From the NCBI RefSeq assembly GCF_006345805.1, contig NC_042997.1, positions 91,140,001 through 91,204,000 on the forward strand: 64,000 nucleotides of DNA, in the 5' to 3' direction. The notes under the pieces are model-generated. The model ran no database searches, was not told the origin of the DNA, and saw only the letters and a program-made list of their open reading frames with translations. The position numbers and the translations under genes were made by a program. Positions 37,560 to 47,332 of the stretch are shown here, piece after piece; the stretch's first letter is position 1, and each line of letters starts with the position of its first letter. The DNA is from Octopus sinensis. Its lineage: Eukaryota.

Positions 37560-38335
37560 TTAGTTCTTCCTCCACTGCTCACCACATTGAGCAGCAAGCT
37601 CCCTCCTTTGTGTTTGATTGGCTGCTACTCTTGCACATCCATTCCATGTAATGCTGTCTCAGGTCAACTTTAAATGTTTTCCACAAACTGATCTTTGCAC
37701 TTTTTCTTTTACACCTGCTAAAAGGTGGTATCCAAGTCATGGTTATTTTTGAGTGCTGTTGATTGGCCAGATGAAGAATGTGGTCACTCAGGCTGAATTG
37801 CGTTCTACAGTTTTTTTGCAATGGTCATGACCTAGGTCTCAGGCTCTTTCCAAAGCACTTCTTATGGAATACATTTAGTTTTCTATCTGTCCTTACTCTC
37901 CTCTTCTCAGTTTCACTAGCATAGATTGCTGTAGGCAGACAAAATTTCACATTAGTGTTGATGTTTGAGGCCACCCAGATGAAGTGCATATGTTGGAACA
38001 CTACTGACACCTTCCCAGTCTTTTAGTCTAGTTCAATTCCACATCATCAGTGCTTGCTTAAAATAGTGCCCAGATAGGTGATATTTGCTTGCTTCTATCT
38101 TGTGCTGGTTGACTTTGATAGTTGCTTCTTGGTCAATGGTATTGTCCACCTTCATCACTTTCATCTTTGTTGTGCTGATCCTTACCCCAGTCTTCTCTGC
38201 ATTTTGTTGCAGTGACATTGTCAATGCTTGCAAATTGGCACTGTTTTCTCCTATTAGTGCAATGCCTTCAGCAAAATTGAGATCTTTCAGCCTTGCCTGC
38301 TCTCTTTGTGGGATTCCATGGTTAGGGTTCACCTA
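37560..38335 (-). mobile_element. RTE-like LINE 3' fragment in SUDS3 intron 5
   Basis: [13 protein letters not shown]...[27 protein letters not shown] and AIYASET..RKLNVFHKKC match decayed DLDFADD/GL.IS..KTK and LLY.SETW/FH.RCLR motifs. Confidence 0.75.
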
Positions 38336-38439
38336 CTGTCTTTCTCAGGACAAAGTCGGCAACCAGCAGAAACAGTTTAATAATACTTTTACTGAAAGAT
38401 ATGAATTTTATAACTGTTCTACTTTTGTGTTTCCTTTAG

Positions 38440-38535
38440 ACTCAATGGAAGTGAAGCCTGTTATGACCCGGAAGCTACGACGGAGACCTAATGACCCTAT
38501 GCCTCTTCCAGAGAAAAGGCGGAAACCTTCTCCTG
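38440..38535 (+). CDS. SUDS3: SUDS3 exon 6
   Basis: CCTTTAG| (D)[31 protein letters not shown]; conserved [11 protein letters not shown] motif; ends at the U12 donor ATATCCTTT; 96 nt. Confidence 0.95.
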
Positions 38536-38671
38536 ATATCCTTTTACTATTGCTTTTTTGATTCTCTTTTAGAACTCTTTCTTCCTTATTTCTGCTCATA
38601 CACATGATGTTACTGTTTGTTTAATGAAAAAAAAAAAAAAAATTCATTTTGTATTCCTTAATTCTAATCAC
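38536..38671 (+). other. SUDS3: U12-type (minor spliceosome) AT-AC intron, 136 nt
   Basis: 5' site ATATCCTTTT, branch point TTCCTTAAT at 38654-38662, terminal AC at 38670-38671. Removal gives in-frame KPSP-A-QLNY; no GT-AG solution was found that preserves the protein. Confidence 0.93.
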
Positions 38672-38846
38672 CTCAACTAAATTACATTCTTGATGAAAGT
38701 GAGATTTTGGAAGACCTGAAAGCATTGAATAAATTGTCTGGACGTCCTCTGCAAAAAAAGCCTGTCTCCCCACCAAACAGTGTAGATAGCAGTCTGCCAA
38801 TGGAGGCTAAAATTGAAGATGGTCGACTTTACTATGATAAAAGATG
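38672..38846 (+). CDS. SUDS3: SUDS3 exon 7
   Basis: (A)[57 protein letters not shown](W) |GTATGT; 175 nt. Confidence 0.93.
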
Positions 38847-39249
38847 GTATGTATTGTGTGACTGGAGGAAATCGAAATCAGATGTGTGTATAAAACTTAC
38901 AATACTGTCCAGCCTGTAACTAGCATTTTTGACTTGATCTACTGATCTGATTTTTGTCCTTACCAAGGAGGTTGCCTTCCTCTAGGTACTCTGTGACTTG
39001 CTTTGGGTAAAGGTTAGACTTAGTGGTAGATTAGATCTTTGTGGCTTCCTTCACATGATGTAATATGCTTCTGATAGGACAGCTCTTTAGCAGACATAAC
39101 CATGTTATAAAAATGTGTGTGATTCTGTGCCATTTTGTCTGATCTCTGTTACATGCAGCAGTTTTAGCAATTCATTAGATAAGATTTCATCTATAGAAAG
39201 AGTTCACAAAGTGGAACAAGTTAGTATACCATGAGGAAATGGAGAAGTC

Positions 39250-39890
39250 TGACATTTGAACATGGCCTGTTATTGAAGGAGTGAACAGTTACTCCCTGCT
39301 ATTATACTACATATACAACTGTTATGTGTTGAAAGGGGGAAAGAGAAAGAATCATTTGCTACTACTGTTACTGTATGAAGTGTCGTGTAGAAAGAATTAG
39401 TTTGGGAGGCCTGTGGTAAAATGGAAATGAGAGGAAGAATTGGGTAGTAAAGTTAGGGATTGATTCAGTGGTAAAGAATTAGGCAGGGTAGAAGAGGGGG
39501 CAAATAGGTGAAAGAAGGACAATGGAGGTTAATGATAAAATGCTGTTGGAAGTGAGGTTAAAGAACGAGGAAATACAGTCAGTTAGGGTCTAACATTGTT
39601 GATACCTATGTATGCAATTTTGTACCAAAATTAAAATGTTTGTAGGTGCAGAAAGAACTGTGTTGCAAGGTGATGCACAAAGCATGCAGTGGTCCAAGGA
39701 GATGAAATGTTAAGTTTATGCTGGTATAAAGAGTACTTGGGTATTATTCTGAATATCAAGGTGGTGTTTGAGGAATTGTCACCTACATGATGATGGCTGG
39801 TTTTACCATTGCATGGAGACTTTCAGGTAAATAAGGTTGGTGGTGATGCAGTCAAAGTGACTAGTATCTTGGAATTTGGTTTGGGGACCA
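39250..39890 (-). mobile_element. Penelope-like element relic (GIY-YIG endonuclease region plus pyrimidine-rich 3' tail)
   Basis: Minus strand HFDCITTNLIY, FLKHHLDIQNN, HFISLDH and GINN resemble the Penelope C-terminus (FTCTS.N.IY, FREHL.DI, HFN..GH, GIN); heavily frameshifted. Confidence 0.55.
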
Positions 39891-41547
39891 TTTGAGGATA
39901 GTGTTGGGGATTAAAGGATGAGTATGACATTCGAGTGATGTATTTCAAGGGGAGAGTTTCTGAACAAGAAGTTGTACAAGTTTTTTTCATCATCATCATT
40001 TAATGTCCATGTTCCAAGCTGGCATGAGTTAGACAGTTTGACAAGATTTGATGGGTCTAAAAAGGATTGCATCATGCGCCAGCATGGTTTCTATGACTGA
40101 GGCTACAAGAGAGGAGGACAGGTTTATGCTAGGAAATGAAGGGTTGAAGTATGAGAGACGGGTCCAGAACAGAACAGGCATCTTGTTGTAGAGGAGCTGC
40201 ATAACTACTTGCATTAGAGAAGAGGAGGTGGGAGTAACCAGGGTGGAACTGGAAAGAGATAAAAACAGTGGTAGTGAATTGTCAGAGTGGATCGTTAAGG
40301 TGACTAGGAGAACAAAGAATGGGGATTAGTAGAGATTGCAAGAGTGTATGGAAGAGTGAGAGATGTTAGAGATTGAGAATAGGTGACAGGGTGAATATAA
40401 TAAGGAAGGAAGAGTAGCTGGCAACTGTAGATATTGGGTAGAGTTAAGAGGGTAGATTAGTGAAAGATGGATAAGGGGTTGTGGGGTGATCAAAGATACA
40501 TATGAATTGGGAGGAGGTAATGGAAAGTAGGAGATGACTAATAGTGCAGAAAGGATGAGAGAAATGCAGTCATTTTAGTATTTTTCTCTAAATGTATGAC
40601 TGATTGAAGCCTGTCTGATTTTAAGGATATGTCATGGGCAAACTGCAGCCCATGAGACTTTCTGAAAGCATGCCTAATGAAACATTACCTTGAATTTTTT
40701 TTTAGTAGTGGTAGCCTGCCTGATGCTGAATCATGTCGCTTGGCTCCTTTCTTGAGAAAGGTTGCCCATGCTTGGTTTTTTAATATGAAAATTTCTTATA
40801 GACTGTTTATATTTGTGCTGTAGAATTCATATTGATTAAAAAGTAAGCCTGGTATCATACTGACTGACTGACTGTTTCTGATTTTGGAAAACAATGGTGA
40901 TAGGTTTGTCACTTTTTAAGTATCTTTTCTTACATAGTCTTTTTTGATGATTTGGAATGATGTGGGGGAATTTAACTCGTTTTTGAAGTTAATGTTGAAT
41001 TTGGATTGTTGCAATTCATTTAGAAATCCTGTGACCCTGTCATCTTCTCTAGCTTGGTGAGGTTGGGAACACAGTACTTGAGTAGTGCTGAGTAATCCAC
41101 TTTAACTATATAGTGATAGTCATCATGCAACAGTTTAGTCTGGGGTGGAAACACATAGCTAGACAATTAACAGTAAGTTGTCGTCATTACTATAGCAGCT
41201 ATGACAATAGTTTGAGTAGTATTACTGGTACTAGTGTGTAAAGATATTGGTAAGATGATATCTAATATCATTAATGCTTCTGTGTGGACAGTAGTACACA
41301 TGCAACTGCTGCCTAGATGGTGGTGAGTTGTTAAAATGGTAAACATAGCTATTGCTACCAAAATAATTGTATAGATATTTTTATTATAGTGATACTGTTA
41401 GTATGGTAGCTGCTGAAATATAACTTATCTTATATTTGCACACTAATCATAGCTGAGTCAATGGTGTTGTATCATTATTGAAGCTATTCTAGACATTCTT
41501 CAGCCTGGAAGAGACAGATTCTGTCATATTATCTACTGTATTTTTAG

Positions 41548-41632
41548 GTTCCATAAGGGACAGCCAGTATATATTGAGGCCAAAGATATGGAGAAGATAA
41601 TGGGAATTATCAGTACCATAGGAACGCAAGAG
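41548..41632 (+). CDS. SUDS3: SUDS3 exon 8
   Basis: TTTTTAG| (W)FHKGQPVYIEAKDMEKIMGIISTIGTQE |GTAAGT; 85 nt. Confidence 0.95.
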
Positions 41633-42229
41633 GTAAGTTCCTCATATCTGATATATTCATAGCCTATATTATAATTTATCTCCCACAAATTAACTCGGTT
41701 TTTTTTTACCCATATTAAAGGGTTCTAAATTTCTTATGACCTCTGTTGTATCTTTTGTAGCAAATCAGTATTGTTGTAAGTAGTAATGACTTTTGTGTAG
41801 ACAGTGATATTTTTTGTGAGGGAGGGGTATAATTATATATTACTGGTATTTTACAAATTGTAAGTGATGCAAGACTGGTTTGCTTGGACTTGGACTATGA
41901 ACTGCATTCATCATTTGAATATCCACTTTTCCATGCTTACACAGTCTAGATAGAATTTGAGGCAAATTTTCTATGGTCAGATGCCCTCCCTGTTAGCGAC
42001 CCTTATCTGTTTCCAAACGAGGTAATATTTCCCCTGGCTAGACATGTTCTTGTAGAACATAGAAAACAAAAACACCACTTGCATGATGGTGATACTTGTT
42101 TATAACTATGACAGGCAATGACAAATGACTGAGACCATTGGCAATATTCTCTGCTTGAGAAGAAGACCCATCAAACCAAGTGAAATTGGTGTGGCAGATA
42201 CTGGTGTCATGCAAAAGCACCCATTATAC

Positions 42230-43912
42230 TCTTGGAGTGGTTGGCATTAGGTAGGGCATCCAGCTAGAGAAACCATGCCAAATCAGACTGGAGTCTGGTG
42301 CAGCCCCTTGGCTTACCAGCCCTGGTCAAACCGTTTAACCCATACCAGCATGGACAATGAATATAAATGATGATGGTGATGGTAGATATCAAAGCAGGGA
42401 CACAACAACATGCACACACATGGTAGACTTCTTTCAGATTCTTTCTACTAAATCCACTCACAAGGTTTTGGTCGGTTCAGGGCTCTAGTAGAAGACACTT
42501 GCCTACGGTGTCATGCAGTGGGACTGAACCCAGGACTATGTGGTTAGGAAGCAGACTTTGTACCATAACAGATTAATATTTCAGGTGAGATGACAAAGGA
42601 TCGAAATGCCTGGCACCTTGCTATACACACGAAGACTTGTACTCTGCAGCAGAAGTGTTAAGACTGGTCTCTCTGGTGGTGTAAAGCATTTGTGGCAGTG
42701 CCACATGAAAACATTTGTGCGGGGCCATATAAAAGCGCCCATGCAGTGCCATGTAAAAGCACCCACTGCACTCTGTAAACTGGTTGGCATTAGGAAGGGC
42801 ATCCAGCTATAGAAACCATGCCAAGTCAGATTGGAATCAGGTGCAGCTTGCCAGCTCTGGTCAAACCATCCAACCCATATTAGCATGGACAATGGACATT
42901 AAATGATAACTTATTCATTGTAGATAAACATAGACACTGGTTCCATTTCATTGTAAACCAGTATTTCCTGAGGTGGAGCATGGGTTACTTGAGAATGGTG
43001 CATAAATAAAACTTAGAGGAAACTTTTAATTTAAATTTCTTTTGAATATATATCATTATTGTCATTTAATGCTCATGTTCCAAGCTAGTATGAGTTGGAT
43101 GGTTTGACAGGATCTGATGTGTCCAAGGATTGCATCATGTTCCAGTGTCTGGTTTGGCATGGTTTCTGTGTCTGAAATACCTTTCTGACACCAACCACTG
43201 TATAATGTGTACTGGGTATTTTTATTTTTTGTGCCACCTATGCAAGTCTACATAATCTGAGGAGGGGAGTGTGTGTTTATGTTAGATGGGGTTAAGGTAT
43301 GAGATGAGGTTGGGGTAGAGCATATTCTTCTAGAGGAGCTACTTGGCTACTCACATTTAGGACAGGGTGAAAATGAATTGGTGGTATCTCCAAGGAGATA
43401 AATAGTGGTAAGGTATCATATCATTATTTAACATCTGTTTTCCATGCTGGTATGGGCTGAATCAGGTTCCAATCTGATTTGGTTTGGTTTCTATGGTCAG
43501 ATGCCCTTCCGAATACCAACCACTTTACAGAGTGTGCTGGGCGCTTCTTACATGCCAGCACATGCTTTTTATGGTGTGTGGTAAGAAGCTTGCTTCCCAA
43601 CCATATGGTTCCAGGTTCAGTCCCATTGTGTGGCACCTTGGGCAAGTGTTTTCTTCTATAGCCTCAGGCCGACCAAAGTCTTGTGAGTAGATTTGGTAGG
43701 TGGAAACTGAAAGAAGCCCGTTGTGTATATATGTTTGTCCCCTCGCCATTGCTTGATAAGTGAGGTTGGTATGTTTACATCTCTATAACTTAGTGGCTCA
43801 GCAAAGGAAACCAATAGAATAAGTACTAGGCTTACAAAGAATAAGTCCTGGGGTTGATTTCTTTAACTAAAGGCCATGCTTCAGCATGGCCGCAGTCAAA
43901 TGACTGAAAGAA
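42230..43912. repeat. Cluster of F2 and S1 SINE copies in both orientations
   Basis: Approximately F2+ 42230-42375, S1- 42395-42570, F2+ 42760-42910, F2- 43050-43210, F2- 43420-43560 and S1+ 43571-43912. Confidence 0.7.
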
Positions 43913-44207
43913 AAAAAATATATATATGCATATACATACATGCATGCCGTATATTTTGTGTGTGGTGGAGGTGCATGTTTTTTTGTGGAAATTGAAGTGA
44001 AATGTTGAAGCAACATTACTTTACTGTAGATCAGTATAGAGTAGACATTAGCTCCATCTGTTGGATCAGTACTATAGACACTGACTTCATCTTTATTGTA
44101 GATACATTGTACCTGAATCAAGTTATAGTCAACATAATTAATGCAAGGAATATTAAGATGCTAATCAATAGCTAAAGCATTAGTTAAGTTTGTGTTAACA
44201 TAATTAA

Positions 44208-44406
44208 ACCTTTATCATCCACATTATTCTGTCAAATGTAATACTTATTTAGTCACACTGGTTTGAATTAATCTTGCATTATCTTGAAGATTTTGGTGAT
44301 GTGATTGTTAGAATCTTGTAGGGTAGGTGTGTGAGGCCACATCTGGTTGGTTTGAACATAAAACAAAATATTAGGCACAGATATGCCCAGTTCAAATGCT
44401 GAAGGG
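44208..44406. mobile_element. Short piggyBac-type MITE
   Basis: TTAA at 44204-44207 and 44407-44410; decayed TIRs ACCTTTATCATC / AATGCTGAAGGG. Confidence 0.55.
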
Positions 44407-44959
44407 TTAAGGCTATATCCAGCCGTGTATCAGCAATGACTGAATGGGGAATATTTTCATTTTAAGGTAAATAGAGGGGACACAATTCCTGACATATTTT
44501 GACCTTATTCTTACCTCATAATCCTTACTGAATGTGTGATGATAGAATCATTGAATAAATGTGCAAGGTTGATTGATGTAGAAAAATAGAATAATTCACA
44601 GGTGTCATTCAAAGGAAAAGCAATATTTGAGTTAGTGTTTACATATTAACGTGTATTTATCTAGTATTTTTTTCATCATTACCTGAGCAATTACAGTGAA
44701 AGCTGTGTTGCTGATGAAGTTAGAATATGAACAAAACATGTTCAGAGTTGTCTTTCTCTCCCATATTTGCTGGAATATTGAAAATATTAGTTATTGATTA
44801 TTGTCTTGTCCTTGTATAATTATTTCTTGTTAGCTTTTTTTTTAACGCTCCTTGTATTGAATATGTAAGCTGTTGTTTTTCATGGAAATGGTGTATCAGT
44901 TATTAGTTACCTGAATCATTATGTCAAAATATTTGAATGAAAACAATATTTATTTTCAG

Positions 44960-45055
44960 ATCTTGGTGAAGCGTTGTGACAACAACAGCAAGCTGCGCAT
45001 TTATTTGACACAGCTACAGAAAGGCAAATACAGTATGTGTCGTCGTTCTATGTGA
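44960..45055 (+). CDS. SUDS3: SUDS3 exon 9 (last coding exon)
   Basis: TTTTCAG| ILVKRCDNNSKLRIYLTQLQKGKYSMCRRSM-stop (TGA 45053-45055). The nine exons sum to 936 nt, i.e. 311 aa. Confidence 0.95.
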   Translation: MLVKRCDNNSKLRIYLTQLQKGKYSMCRRSM

Positions 45056-46805
45056 CTAGCAACCGGGGTCAAGAAACGGCAAAGAAGAGCAACATGGTCA
45101 CATTATGAAATAACCTGAAAAAAAGTTGCAGACTGTTTTCTGGCCCCACCCTCTTCAGAAGGCTGCTTGATAATTTTTGATGTCTCTTATAAAGAGGTCT
45201 TCAAACCAATATTATCTATTGCAGACCAAATTAAAGTGTAAAGGTGCACTTTGCCTGGATGTTGACCCGAGTACTGAAGGCAGTTGTCTTTCATGTCAAA
45301 ACGTCCTCCACTCAGAGTACAAAGGTTTTTGTAATCACAGACTCAGATGAATTTTCATGTTTTCCTGAATTTCCTTTTGTCATTCCATAGAAATTTAAAT
45401 TTCTAATGTTTTAACTGTATATAAACGCAATTCATACACACTTCTTATTGAGTATCTATTTTTCAAATTTGTGTATCTGTAGTGTATTGGAAAGGTTTTC
45501 CTACACAAAAAAAATTGGATGAGTTCATAGATTTATTTCTATTGTTTTGTGATTAATCTGAAATGATTGGAGATGTTGGAATGAGAATCCATGTGAATTC
45601 TGTGCTAGCACTCATCACCTAAATGTTTTATATATTGCTTGGTGCTATTTCAGCTGTATGCTTTAGTAGCGTTTTTTTTAAAATCAGTATTAAATGAATT
45701 ATATTACATTCTTTGAACATGAATTTATTTATTTATTGTGGCAAGCTATTAGAGCAGACTTACGGCACTGTTTAAGAGGATTTCATACACTGAGCACTCC
45801 AGATAGTGGAACCACAAAATATAAATCCAGCAATGGTTAATAGTATGGGGTGCATTGTTTTGTTATTGGTAACCCTCTTTACTTTTGAATCTGTTTTGCT
45901 TCATATTGTAATATAATTTTACAAGAAGGAAAGTATTGCATATTTTCATAACAAATCTGTAATTACTGATTAGACTATGTTGAATCAAATGCCTGATCAC
46001 ATTCACATGTGCACATTGAAAGCTGATCTTCGCAGTTGATGAAAAGTACATTACCAGTGTTAGAGCAGTAGGTGTAGACAGCCCACTAGTGTTAATGGTT
46101 GAAAAATCTAATTCCTTTTCTCTCAGAATAAGTCCAGTTTTGTGAAGCACATCTAAGCATTTCAACTGATCTGCAGAGGAGCTGGTGCTTTTTTGACAAC
46201 TTTGGAAGATGAAAAAAAAAAAATGCCAATCGTGATTTAAACTCTAAATCATTTCCAACTTTTGTAGTCTGTGGAGAGCCAAACTAGTTATCACCACAAT
46301 GTGAGAAATAGAAACATGGACTGCATATATGGGTTGGTTATGTGCATGAAAATTTAGTTGACTGGCAACCAAGCCATTGTTAGAGAAGCTTCTTTTTAAC
46401 CTTAGACATACTAAAGCATATAAAGTAGATGAATTGTCTTGATGTAGCTGTCATTGTTTGAGCGCAAGCATTTAGGTGAAACTCCTCATTTGCAATATGC
46501 AGGAAATTAGTTTACTGGTGTAAAAAAAGAATGTCTAACAAGCAATGGTTCCTCTGAAAATCCATCTAATGTGAATAAATAGCAAGTTTTATATTTTAAA
46601 CTTAATTTTGAGCAAAACCCAAACGTGGGAGAAACATTCAGCATGGAACAAAGAATTATACTTAGCCATTTTTATAGCTAGAGAATATTGTGTGTAAATA
46701 CAAGAAAATCCTCCTAAAACTTATAAATTTTAATTTGGTATAAGATTACATTTAGGACATTTGCCAAAGTTAATAAGCCCTATTACTTAGCTATTTTATA
46801 CATTA

Positions 46806-47332
46806 CTAGCAGTATCGCCCGGCATAGCTCGGGTTTGTAAGGGAAACAACTATATAAGCACTTTTAGAGAGTTATAGCAAAAAAATGCATTAAAAATGGA
46901 ATAAAAAAATGGTAATTTTTTTTTTAAATCGTTGACTCAGTGTCTTCAAGCCATGAAGTCGTCGTTCTAAAAGAACGCTGGTCTCCTTGACAACGCTTTA
47001 CGACGTTGATTTCCTTACACTCCCTTCCCCACAGCTTCACGATGGAGGGAAGAAGGGGGAGAAGCAACACAGGTGCAGCTGTGAGCATGGACGCCAACTC
47101 CGCCGCCATCGACACACGAAAAAAATATGCATTAAAATGGAATAAAAAATGTTAAATTATTTTAAAAATTGTACTCATCGTAGATGCGCGCTAATAGCCA
47201 GACGGGCTCGATATGAATCACGGCTATAAGATACCCGAATTTGGTTAAACTGCACCCCAAAATGTGGGAGTAGTTAGGAATCTAAATCGAAGGGGACAGA
47301 CACTCACACAACTACAGTTTTATATATATAGA
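46806..47332 (-). mobile_element. Non-autonomous Helitron
   Basis: Minus strand A|TCTATATATATAAAACTGTAGTTGTGTG...GCCGGGCGATACTGCTAG|T; same 3' terminus as the copies at 4502, 4905 and 16905. Confidence 0.88.

Noticed and set aside
38085-38561. 158-aa plus-strand ORF
   Set aside because: It is the antisense of an RTE fragment fused to SUDS3 exon 6 with read-through into the U12 intron, not a separate gene.
45863-46165. 100-aa minus-strand ORF (similarly 10495-10827, 15694-16014 and 58179-58415)
   Set aside because: No recognisable motif or splice context; length expected by chance or antisense to repeat relics.
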